Numbered from the stretch's first letter, positions 39,598 to 52,198 are shown. The stretch is DNA of 64,000 nt from Euprymna scolopes (GCA_053919585.1 CM132818.1), one strand, 5' to 3'. The notes: a model not told the origin generated them from the letters alone. Translations and numbers: made by a program.

Positions 39598-41551
39598 NNN
39601 NNNNNNNNNNNNNNNNNNNNNNNNNNNNNNNNNNNNNNNNNNNNNNNNNNNNNNNNNNNNNNNNNNNNNNNNNNNNNNNNNNNNNNNNNNNNNNNNNNNN
39701 NNNNNNNNNNNNNNNNNNNNNNNNNNNNNNNNNNNNNNNNNNNNNNNNNNNNTATATTTTTTAAAACGTCGTCTTTCTCTTTGATCCACCTCAATGTATT
39801 TTGTCTCCTAGTTTCGGTAAGTTTACTTTGCCCATTGAAAAGTATGACAGCAAAGTGTGAAGAGGAATGTATATATGAATGTCGATTTTCCCCTGAAACG
39901 CCGAAACAGGTGCACAGTTGGCAACTGATACTTCACTAAAAATAGTTTTATTAATACTGCCCTTCCTTCCACGAAAGTACAGTGCCCCCTAAATAAACAA
40001 ATAAATAAAAAATATTTTGAATATCCTGCACTTCAGTGTATGTTCATTTCTATATTAATAACCATCACTAATTAATAAAATTATCAATTTATTTAGTACT
40101 AGCAGGACGCGTGTACCAGCGTTGTCCGGTGGAAATATGACACAAAGCCAGAATGGATTCGATAAACGCGCTGAAAGAAAATTAAACTACGGTTGTTAGT
40201 AGAAGCCCCCGTCAGGCCTGGAGAATAGCGGGCACCGGCAGCCATAACCAAAATGAAATCATCTGGCTTCCACTGTCGGACATTGTCTTGCAGTGGCAGC
40301 TAGCGAAAGTCACTTTCTATCATTTTCAGCAATAGTTGTTACTGGCAATTAGTGTTGGTTTGGAGCGATTGGTATGGCGGATACTGGTAAACACTGGTGC
40401 CTTTGCACCTGGCAGTCACTGGCGTCCATGATCAATGTCGGTTTCCATTTGACTGCTTCGTACTTAAATCGCCTGCCTTCAACTGTCCAGCATTGTTGGG
40501 TACTGGTTATCACTGGATACCTGTGGTGAGCGGTGATGGTCACTAGAGATTCGTGCTGTTTTGATACGGTTACTTTGGTTTAGTGATAGACACTCCCTGC
40601 TTTTATAACTGTGACTATCGGTTCCAGACTTTCACTGGCAGTCATAGCCAGTATTAGCCTCCATTCGATTGCTCCGAAATGAAATTGTGTCTTTAATAGC
40701 GAGCACTGATAGTTGTTGGTTTGTATTTGCTTCCTCTTTAAGTATCGTTTCTTTTCAGTCACTATCGATCATGACCAGTGTCGAGCCTCATTGGACTGCT
40801 CTAAAATGAAATCCTTCGTATTCAATGGTTGTGCACTGTCATCCATTAGCGTGTACTGTCATCCGGTGGTGGGCACTATTGGTCACTGGCGGTTATGACG
40901 GTGATTGTTGGTAACTAATAAGCAGTGGCCTTTTCAGACGGTTGGTGTCACTTTTTACAGGGACAGGCACTGGCAGGCAAATCGCCTGACTTCAATTATT
41001 GGGCACTGTCACCCAGTGACGGGCACCATCATCCATGGTGGTCATTGTTCTTTTAAAGTTATTATTATCATTTTATGGCAGGTGCGACCATTGTTGTTTT
41101 GAGACGGTTATTCAGATGGATTGGCGTTTACCCGCAGTAACTGATGGTTACTGGTTGCCTTAAAAACTGCCAGTTACTGATCGTAACTGTTGATCAAAGG
41201 TTGCTATGAACAATGTTGTGTTTTGTTCCAAGCTTGGGAAAGCAAGAAACACCCTATTGTTCGTTCTATGCAATCATGATTTACTGCATCGGTGTAGATA
41301 TGTTTTTGTACTTATGCAGAATACGAACCGTGCTATTTTTTGCAACGATGTTTAAGTAACATTTAACTTTATACGATATTGTTTGTGTATTAAATTGTTA
41401 GTTGAAAGTACATGGTAGTTACATAGAAATCCCTCACCTCCCTGGTCCGTATCCATTGTCCGTATTATGCACAAGTACCCATTTTTTAACTGATAAGCAC
41501 ATAAATAGAGCACACATATGAAGAAAATATATATGAAATGTTCCGTATTTT

Positions 41552-41667
41552 ATATACGGCATAATCACGTTGACGTACCGGTTCCCATCAGATCACCGAA
41601 GTTAAGCAACGTTGAGCCTGGTCAGTACTAAATGGGTGACCATTTGGGATTTCCAGGTGCTGTATGT
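41552..41667 (+). pseudogene. Full-length 5S rRNA-like copy (pseudogene or SINE3 head)
   Basis: TACGGCATAATCACGTTG..ACCGGTTCCCATCAGATCACCGAAGTTAAGCAACGTTGAGCCTGGTCAGTACTAAATGGGTGACC..GGGA..CCAGGTGCTGTA; termini pair; no downstream T-run terminator. Confidence 0.85.
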
Positions 41668-43857
41668 GCTCTCCGCTTATCTCGGCATTGTTTCCAGTCG
41701 TCCTGGACTTCTCTTTGCCACTGGACTCAAACAGTGCCGATTCAGGAGAGGTGTGGTTGGTGATTGCGCAATCCTTGCCTCACAATTACACTCGCAGTTT
41801 CCCCTATGGGGGTATCCTTTGTCTTTCGAGACTGGGTGGAGACGTCGATTCGATGAGATAATTTTGGTGAACGAAATAGGACGTTTATTTTTGTAATGTT
41901 TGAAACTCTCAAGTGTTGTAAGACTGAAGAATGAAAGTCTTCGATTACTGCCCCTTCCATAACATAATAAGCTTAATTGTTGTCGCATTTATATATTTTT
42001 GTAAGTTTGCGTAAAATTCTGGAGCACCACTGACGACGAGGACAGCGATGGCGACGGTGATTGCGACAACGGCAATAACGATAAGGAAATGAAAAATATT
42101 TTATTTTGAAATGTCAGTTCTGATATCCCAATCCAGAAATAAGCGTACAAAAGCAGATATTATTGTGCAACGTTCGTTACAGTTCAAACTGTTGTTTTTG
42201 TTAACACCATGTTGTTTAGTTCTCGATAAACTTTTTTAACTAAGCGAAATTCCCATAATCTGATATTCCCTGAATCCGATAAATGTATGAGAACAGCCAA
42301 TCAAATTGACCGGAACATAATGAACTGTGAAGGGAAGAGTTTGTATTTACGTAGGATAACCGAAAGAACGAATCTTAAAGTATAGAATAAGAAAGTAAAC
42401 ATGGATGGCGCGGTTGTAAAAAATGTGGCAAACGTATAAAAGTTCCCAGTCTCGTCGAGGAGAGTGAGCGGATTAAATAGAGTGAACAAGTATTCTATTA
42501 CCACCTATAAATATGACGTGTTTTGGAGAGTTACTCTCCTCGGAAAAATTATAGGAATTTACGACATTGAATAAAATTGACTGGCAACATCCGGAAAACA
42601 TGCAGCAGATATTGGCAGATAGTGTGACCATTTTTCTAGAGGGGGAAACCGTCTCTATTTGATAAATGTAGAGAGTAATCCAATATTTATTGAAATAAAA
42701 AATGCAATAGCGTAATAACAAACGACATTGTTTTTAAATAATACTTAAAATATAATTTTATTACCAACTTTAATTCACCGTAATGCATTGCGATTTTTTT
42801 GTAAAAATGTTATCCATTTTATAGTTGTCATAATAGTTGAAAAAAGACTGTTAATCTCGAAATTTTAAAGGAATTTAAAAATATTTATTTATTTCCTATG
42901 AATCAAATGATTATATTATTGGCATTCTTTTCCTCGATATCTTTCTAGTTATAATTCTTTCTAGAAAAACATTGGGTACTTACCGGAGGGATCGCGTGTG
43001 AACATTCATGGTGTCAAATGTTTTGGAATGAACTGGATTCGAACTTGGCACATTCAGGTTGTCAGTTCGTGCCGGTGGACATTTAGCTATCGTCATCTCC
43101 CTTGAAAATATTTAAACTGTTGAATAGAAAGTAATTTAAGCATGTGTTAATCCCATGAGGTGTTTTCTCACCCAAATTTGGCTAAAGTGCTCATAATTCC
43201 TAGTTGGCAACTTATGTTTTTTTCCTCACTTCGAGTACTCTTTGGCTCAGTGAGAGTATAGCACAGTTGTATCTCGGTTTTTCTTGGAGATAAATGTCGC
43301 TTCCCGGGGTTCTACCGTAATAATTGGGTGTAAAAAATAATTGTGTAAACAAAACAAGCAACATGGCAAAAGAAGAAAAACATAAAAATTGAGATAAATT
43401 GTACCACAGTAGAAACATTGTTATAATGAGAAATTGATCTCAATGTTTGTACATCTTAATACGGCTATCAGACATTAAAAAAGCACTTCCTTAAACAAGA
43501 CCAGAAGAAATCGGTGACCTTCGCCAAACGTTGTAAGATCTCAACAAGAAAAAAAAATTTGTCCATATCACCTTAAGTAAGTATCATGGAACCGAAAATT
43601 TGGGTTTAAACATGAAGTAGAACACCCAGGATACGGCATTAAAAATAAGTAACAAAGGACAGTACAGTATACAATACAAATGTGTATAATCAATAACACC
43701 GTAAGGCGGGGCAAATAACGTAACCAAGGACCAGAAAAGCAATATTCCACATCGTAATCTAAAAAAAATGTATCCTAGGGCCACCGTATCCTAGGGTTCT
43801 ACTACATAAGTAAATAAATAGTTCATTTATGTGGAAAAACAATCGTACATAATGTTA

Positions 43858-44042
43858 TCTATATATTAATGCGATAACGTGTGTGTTATTTTGTGTGTGT
43901 CACGCTTACATCTTTTTTCTTCTGAGTGACTGCCGTTTAATTGTTATGACCTTCAATTTCATATAATAAATAATTTTAGCAAGAATTCTTCATAAGTTTT
44001 TGTTTCGGTTTTGATTCAAGCTGATGCACCCAAGTCATATGG

Positions 44043-44114
<72 letters not shown>

Positions 44115-44265
44115 ATTATTATTATTATTATTATTGCAATCACAACTTTATAATATATTAGAATCAATAGAAAATTAACTCTTTAATAATATATACGAAA
44201 TCTGCATGAATTAAAATAATTTAAGCGTATTTTACGATCGGGCTACGCCGGGCGTCCTTGATAGT
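43858..44265 (+). mobile_element. Non-autonomous Helitron
   Basis: 5' A|TCTATATATTAATGCGATAACGTGTGTG; 3' CGGGCTACGCCGGG hairpin then degenerate ATAGT. Confidence 0.6.
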
Positions 44266-44781
44266 TTAGTTAATGGATTTTCAAATTTCTCATTATATCG
44301 GGGCTTCTACTATCGTAAAATTGATGCCAGTATTTGCACAGGCGTACCAGTACATCTTAATAAAACTGTCGGGTATTTAAAAAAATTTCTTCGGTGAGAT
44401 TAGAAGAAATCAATAATCAGAAGAAATCAATAATCGAAAGAAATCAATGATACTCAGCAACGCCGTTAGATCTTGACTATAAAAAATATGTCTAAATCAC
44501 CCAAGGAAGGTTTATGGAACGGAAAATTTGGATTTAAAAAATATTAATTTATTTATATTATTTTAATTGGAATTCATTATTGAGATGAGTATTATTTATA
44601 TGAATTTTATTTTATTGCGGACTATTATCCTCATCTCATCTCCTCATCAACAACAACTAAAAAGATGAGGATAACAGTCCGCAATAAAATAAAATACAAT
44701 TATGTATTTATTTTAAAAAAATCCAGGCGTCAAATGGTTTTTCTTTTTTGTTTTGTTTTTAAAGAGATTATCAACAATATA

Positions 44782-44835
<54 letters not shown>

Positions 44836-45321
44836 TGTCATCCTAATATTTGTCTTTTACTAATTATTTGTATCTATTTATTTATCTACACCCATATATA
44901 TTTATCTCGAAAAGATTTTTTAAATAAATAAAAAAAAAAAACGAGGAATAACCAAGTATTCTGATCGTTTTACTTCTATAAGGTTGCAATGAGAACAGAT
45001 TGAAGTACACCAACCAAGTAATATCCTACAGAAGACCCAATAGCGTCTGCCAGGCCGGAAATGTACGTATAAACATCACAACTTCCGGTTCGAGCAGATT
45101 TTTCCAGATCAAACTTCTAAGACAGATTGACGAGTCCCACACGATCATTTTAAATTGGATTTTTTTTAAACCGAGTGATCCGATGCGTACCCTTTTTTTT
45201 CATATCAACGAATTTCAAAAGAGTTTGGGATGATACCTTACATGTGAGGATAATCCTAAGGGGGCATATTTATACATTTTTTACTGATTACAGAGGAAGC
45301 CATGATACCTAGGTGTATGTG

Positions 45322-45376
<55 letters not shown>

Positions 45377-45853
45377 GTCATCGACATACAGTACAGTATC
45401 GTTGTGTCACAACTCATCAGTGCCGCTAGACTAGCACCTCTCTCATGCCGAGGATTGAACGTAGAACCATCGCGTTCACAGTCGGCAGTTCTACCTATCG
45501 ACCCACGGGAGCGGTACCCGCAAATAATCTCGCCAAATGTCTATTTTAAACAAACATTCGTCCACCAATTATTTATAAATATTTTTCAGCCAATTAAGTA
45601 GCGAGTGAGATTATTTACGACGGTGCTCTACCTAAAGAGGGGGGGGCGCCTTAACATATATTTGTAGTCATCGACATATAGTCCTGTTTCGTTGCATCAA
45701 AACTCATCAGGGCCGATAGACTAGCACCTCTACCAAGCCGAGGATTAATCTAGAACAATCGCATTGACAGTCGGTAGTTCTACCCATCGACCCACGGGAA
45801 CGGTACCCGCAAATAACCTCGCCAAATGCATATTTTAAACAAACATTCGTCCA

Positions 45854-45857
<4 letters not shown>
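45377..45857 (-). mobile_element. Family HH-B: 1.7 tandem units (290 bp period) with a hammerhead in each, flanked by (TA)n
   Basis: TCATCAG (minus CTGATGA) at 45414-45420 and 45704-45710; duplicated ~190 bp block. Confidence 0.85.
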
Positions 45858-45917
<60 letters not shown>

Positions 45918-45918
<1 letters not shown>

Positions 45919-46256
45919 TAGCATTTCAGCCCGGTGTTGCCCGGGTGTTTTGTGGTGTATGTTGAGCAAAAAAAAAAAAAAGCGGTCATTTTTGTTAACT
46001 TTAACATTTATTGTTTTGGGCGCAAATCAAGTTATTAAGTTAGATCCATGTCCAAGGTATCTATATCTAAAATTTCAAGTATTTAGACCCAAAATTGTCG
46101 GAGGAGTTTGGTAGAGTTCCCAAAGGTCAAATCGTTGAATTTTTACCCCTTAACAGCCAAATTTCTAACCGAAAACCGATCACATCGATTTTCCCAAATC
46201 TCAGTATCCTGTATATCAAATTTCGAGTCTGTAGACTGAAAATTGACAGAGTTATT
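45918..46256 (-). mobile_element. Helitron copy (family of 38376-38805), runs into gap
   Basis: ACTAGCATTTCAGCCCGGTGTTGCCCGGG start, body homologous. Confidence 0.85.
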
Positions 46257-47534
46257 NNNNNNNNNNNNNNNNNNNNNNNNNNNNNNNNNNNNNNNNNNNN
46301 NNNNNNNNNNNNNNNNNNNNNNNNNNNNNNNNNNNNNNNNNNNNNNNNNNNNNNNNNNNNNNNNNNNNNNNNNNNNNNNNNNNNNNNNTTTAATTCTTAT
46401 CCACATACGCAAATGTTTCATCCTTCTTCCGGGAATCACCAGTATGAATGATGATTGTTCTGTCGGTCTCACAGTTCGAGTTCCTAGATGAACATTTAAT
46501 TTCCATTTTAACACCTAGAACCATTCCACCAACTACAGTTAATGAAAGAGAATTACGTTCTAATTGAACAAAAAGTTTTAAAAAGAGTATAATTAACCCG
46601 AATAATCTGTTATATTTAACGCGATTTACGTAAATGAAAGAATGCTGCCTAAATACACAACATATATATTACCAATTGAGATAGACGGTATTGAAATATA
46701 TAATCAATTAGCACAAGTGCTTCTTGATAGCTCAATAGTGCAACACTAGAGCTATAAATATTTTCACAGTGGCCGCTTTAGCAAGAGTAGATACATATTT
46801 CATTGTTAATTTTTAGTTAGAGTTTGTTATTAGCAATATTCGCATACAATTATTTCGGCCAATTGCCGATGAGTTGCCTAGCTGTTATAATGATAATTGA
46901 GAACTATTATATACTTAATTACCTGCAATTGGCCGAAACAATTGTATGTGAATATTTTTGAAAAAAAAAAAAAAGAATTTGTGTCTATTCTTATTAAAGC
47001 TGTAGGTTGTGTGTATGTGTGTGTGTGTGTGCGTGTGTGTGTAGAGGTTTCTATTTACTGGCATTTAACATACTCACATATATATATACACAGGTGCGAG
47101 CGACGTGTACACACGTGCATTAGAGTTCAGAAATTCAAAAGGAATGGTGTTAATTAAACGAAAAAAAAACAAAAAAAAACAAAGATTACGCTTCTGCGTG
47201 GTAGTAAAATATTTCCCAGTTGGCATTCCATCAAGTACAGGCCGTCCATCCATTGTGATAAAAAGTTTTGAGTGTTTCTGCCGTCTAATAATACGGCCGA
47301 TCTACAGCAAACAATAACGAAGATCCAAGTTTTTCTTGTTAAAAAGGTTCAACTTCCATTTGTAATGTTGACACGTATTTCTTTTCCCAGTGCACACGCG
47401 CGTACACACACATATTTTTCATTTTATATTTTAAAACAGTACTCTACGTACACGTGTTTCATTGCTCATCGGCGTACAGTCAAGCTACGTTTATGAGCTA
47501 TAGAGCAGCGAAACATATACGTAGAGTACTGTTT

Positions 47535-47601
<67 letters not shown>

Positions 47602-48128
47602 ATGTGTTTACGTCCAAAAATGTAAGCGATCTTTCTTAGGGAAAATTAATTCTCTGATCTCCTAGGTATAAGACGCCTATACTGAATATCTAATTATCGC
47701 TAAAAAAAAATCAACAAAAATTGACATACATGATTATCATTAAAAATANNNNNNNNNNNNNNNNNNNNNNNNNNNNNNNNNNNNNNNNNNNNNNNNNNNN
47801 NNNNNNNNNNNNNNNNNNNNNNNNNNNNNNNNNNNNNNNNNNNNNNNNNNNNNNNNNNNNNNNNNNNNNNNNNNNNNNNNNNNNNNNNNNNNNNNNNNNN
47901 NNNNNNNNNNNNNNNNNNNNNNNNNNNNNNNNNNNNNNNNNNNNNNNNNNNNNNNNNNNNNNNNNNNNNNNNNNNNNNNNNNNNNNNNNNNNNNNNNNNN
48001 NNNNNNNNNNNNNNNNNNNNNNNNNNNNNNNNNNNNNNNNNNNNNNNNNNNNNNNNNNNNNNNNNNNNNNNNNNNNNNNNNNNNNNNNNNNNNNNNNNNN
48101 NNNNNNNNNNNNNNNNNNNNNNNNNNNN

Positions 48129-48530
48129 TCCCTATCTAAAGAAAAGTGCTAGTCTAGTGGCGCTGATGAGTTGTGATACAACGAAACAATACTTTATGTG
48201 GATGACTATATATTTAAGCCCCCACCCCTCTTTAGGTAGCACACTGTCGTGATTGTATCTCACCGGCTACTTCACTGGCTATAAAGCGAAGCTCGCTGTT
48301 TGTTTGTAAACAAACAAGCAGCTTGAGCACTGTAAAAACGGTGGGCAAGTCTTTATTTAAATGGACATTTGTCGAGGTTATTTGCGAGCACCGATCCCAT
48401 GGGCCGATGGTAGAACAGCCGACTATCAACGCGATGGTTGTAGATTCAATCCCCGGCTAAAGAAAGGCGCTAGTCAAGACGCACTGCTGAGTTGTGATAC
48501 AACGAAACAGTACTGTATGTGAATGGCATA
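48129..48530 (+). mobile_element. Family HH-B: unit bounded by two hammerhead motifs (321 bp period)
   Basis: CTGATGA-GTTGTGATACAAC-GAAA at 48163 and CTGCTGA-GTTGTGATACAAC-GAAA-CAGTACTGTA at 48484; interior homologous to 45430-45660 reversed. Confidence 0.85.
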
Positions 48531-48754
48531 TATATAAGGCTAGCGCTTTAAGAGAATTATAATTAGGTTGTCAACTTTAAATGCATAATGTTGCCGACAG
48601 CCTTTTATATGTGTCCCCTTCCTTAGACATAAATAGATCTTGATTCTCTTTATTCAAACTGGTTAGTTTGGTGACCGCCCCGATCTAAGCGTTCAGACAA
48701 AAGTTAAACTTTAATCTGAGAGTTTTCGAATCGTGTGAGCGCAGAGAAATCATT

Positions 48755-48803
48755 ATCCGTGCTGATGATTTCCGGGAAAGGACGAAACACATTTGTATAA
48801 TAG
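48755..48803 (+). ncRNA. Degenerate hammerhead motif related to HH-A
   Basis: CTGATGA-TTTCCGGGAAAGGAC-GAAA-CACATTT-GTA; TTCGAATC ~35 nt upstream. Confidence 0.45.
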
Positions 48804-49985
48804 TTTTCATAATATTACACCCACTCACACTCTATCTATCTTTTAATTCATTGCTAATCGTCTGAGGCACCCTTACTTGGGAATGCTGACAGGGTTACCC
48901 AGGCATATTTTGCTGGTCAGAGTGCTTCTCAGGGAGGAGGAGGTCTTCGATCCCACTTTCTAACCATCGTGTCTAATCTTTCCGTCGTTTGAGGAAGATA
49001 AATACTACTACACTTTAATCTTCGCCAAAACGCCAAGAAACAGTTTCTTTTTTTTATAAAGTCGAAATTAAAATGCTTAGAAATGCAACGAGAAATTGCG
49101 ATTACAATACTAAGATGAACAAAACAGAAAACAGTATTCGCGTTTAAATCTAGAGTCTCGCGTGATAAAAAAAAATGTCAGTTGGCAGGTCTGCAATATC
49201 ACTCTTCAAATTGATTCAAAATACAAGCGTCTTGAAAACAATCGACCAACACACGTGAACGCCCTCAACAAGTGTAAAGACGCTGTTCACGTTGACACGC
49301 GTCTCCTCTGAAATATGTTGTCGATGAGACAGGTGTACTAGCAATAGAGAAACGCGCAGGTTGGCAAAATGAAAACATAACCAGAGAAAAACAACACGAG
49401 CTTCTACCTCTGATCCCAGATCGGTTTTTATCTCTCCCCCACAACGGACAGATGTAATACAAAGGTCGGGGAAGTTGGATTTGAAAAGCCGGCGCCCTAG
49501 AACAAAATCACTTTGGTCTGCAGAAAAAATGCATGGACAGCCCAATCGGCATCCTCCTGTAAGTTCGTCTCACGCGATTAGCAATAAACTAACTTCTCCA
49601 AAGGTGAGGAGGTAAAGCCTGAAAGGGTGAACCGCCTGCAACTGAACGTGGTTATACCTCAACCAACAGGGAACAAACCACCTCGCCAAAACCGATCAAT
49701 ATACTTTTCTTTTGAATCAAATCGTCATTTATTCCTGTGATAAAAATATTGTGAAGTTGTTGATAAAATTTACAGTCCTTTCTACAATCCAACTATTTTT
49801 GGTTGAAATAAACTGCAGTTTATGCATGAATTGCCCACCAAGTTTTAGTCGTAAATATCCAACAGTTTCCGAGGGGTTTTGTTATTGTTCGCAATTAAAT
49901 GAAAAACAGATCTGGATACGGCGGGATTTTTTAAATAACCAACACAATCCTCTCTAAGAACTGTCCTCTGCCTCTCTCTCTCTCT

Positions 49986-50059
<74 letters not shown>

Positions 50060-50338
50060 ATGGTCACTTCAATTCAGTTCAAGAATATTTCAGTGATGGA
50101 TGTTCAACAGTTTTTTTTTTTTGTTAAGGGGGGGGGTCATCACCGTTCAATATGTGTGATGATCACTGGTGATTGTCTTATTAATGTGAGGCCTGAATGG
50201 ACTTTTCATTCACTGGCCTTTAATCCATATTTTTTATATTTTTTTTTATTTATCTTGTGTACGTTGTTCTATGCTATACTTATCCATAATTAATTTCTAT
50301 AATATTATCTGTAAAATATCTGAAATAAAGAAATAATG

Positions 50339-50416
<78 letters not shown>

Positions 50417-50466
50417 CTGATGTTAAAAGGACAAAGATTTTAAACCTTCAGTGACGTTTTGGACAT

Positions 50467-50532
<66 letters not shown>

Positions 50533-50536
<4 letters not shown>

Positions 50537-50756
50537 TAGATCATCGTATAACGATTAGATCACTGTCTGACTGACGTAAATGAACATTTAAAATTAAAAT
50601 GTTTAAATTCGCGCGGTTAATGATAGCCGAATTGATACGGTCTTCGCTAATCGAGCCAGAGATGTCTCATGTTGCGGGGTTCGAATCAATGCACTGAAGA
50701 TTCCCGAAAGGATGAAACAGTAGTGTCTGTAGGTATTTAATTATTATAGCAAAAAA

Positions 50757-50762
<6 letters not shown>
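50533..50762 (+). mobile_element. Family HH-A copy between (TA)n tracts
   Basis: High identity to 28637-28907 with small deletions; CTGAAGA 50694-50700, GAAA 50714-50717, GTC 50725-50727. Confidence 0.85.
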
Positions 50763-50812
<50 letters not shown>

Positions 50813-51912
50813 AACAGAAATACATTGTGATTAATTTGAATCTGTAATTTCATTATCTTTTTCAAATATGATTTTTGAAATGTTCGTTTTAGTATTGCCT
50901 TATTAATTTTAATAGATAATCGTTTAATAGTAATAAAACATGCGAAGGTCACGCAGGGGCGAGAAACACCCTCACACCTATTATCAACACGTGTATATCA
51001 CAAAACTATTATATAAAATTATAGAGAATGCCATGGTTGCAGTACTCGCCGTATCCTTTCAATATAAAACCCCCGGCAAATGTAAGTAGTTATTAATATT
51101 TGTATTAGCATGTTGATTATGGTTCGTATTGCAATATGTCGGATAAAAGGTAATATAAACCCTGTTCCTTTCAGTTTCATACTATAATTGGAGTGCTGAA
51201 TGTAAACATGGTCCGTTTATTTTTTTTATATACAATGAGCCAGAATTTCACAGTGGGTCACACTGACCTTTCTTCGACTTGGCTCATGATAGATGCAGTT
51301 ATGTCTAGCGTAGCTGCATCGGAAGTTTTGGCGAATGAATTATACGTGGAAGGCCCAACACGTAAATGTTTAATGAATGTAGGTAGAACGTAATTTGAAA
51401 AATGTACTAGTGGATCGCTTGAGACAAAACTAAGGTTTTCTTTATATACTTATTACACTCGTTTTTACCTTAGAATAATACATGAAAAAAGTTGAATTGA
51501 AAAAAGATTAACTTCAACTTAAAAAAGATTACCATCAGATTCAAAAAAAAGATAGACTTCAAATTAAAACGATTGTTTTATCTTCGTTCATTTATGGGCT
51601 TTCCTAATAAAAAAAAAATATTTTTTTAAAACAAAACAGGAACGCGTCCGTTACGTCTAACTATTCATTTACATAGTTAAAACTCAAAAGTAAAGGCTCG
51701 GATGTCCATAAAAAATAACAAGGGCGCACAACTCTTGATCAATAATTATTACACAGCATAAAAGTCAGCATTTGAAAATACACCACATGTTTTGAAACAT
51801 TGACTTCAATGTTATTTCTTCAAATTAATCGCTTTTAGAAAATCTTGAACTACAGGCGCAACTTTGATGAATATATGAATAATTTTCGACTTTTCCTGTT
51901 TTCCTTTTTAAT

Positions 51913-51983
<71 letters not shown>

Positions 51984-51987
<4 letters not shown>

Positions 51988-52198
51988 TAAGTAATGTGAT
52001 TGATGATTTAAAATTTAAAAATCAAATTATAATTAAATTAAAAATCCGTTTCATAAGAAGGAACAACAACAAAATCAATTAACTGTTTTCCGAAACGATC
52101 GTACAGATAATTGATTTTGTTGTTGTTCCTTCTTATGAAACGGATTTTTAATTTAATTATAATTTGATTTTTAAATTATCAATCACATTACTTAATAT
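51984..52198. repeat. Snap-back palindrome, ~100 bp arms
   Basis: Arms nearly perfectly complementary; loop TTTCCGAAACGATCGT. Confidence 0.9.

Noticed and set aside
41552-41667. Functional 5S rRNA gene
   Set aside because: Isolated, several substitutions/indels versus consensus and no oligo-T terminator
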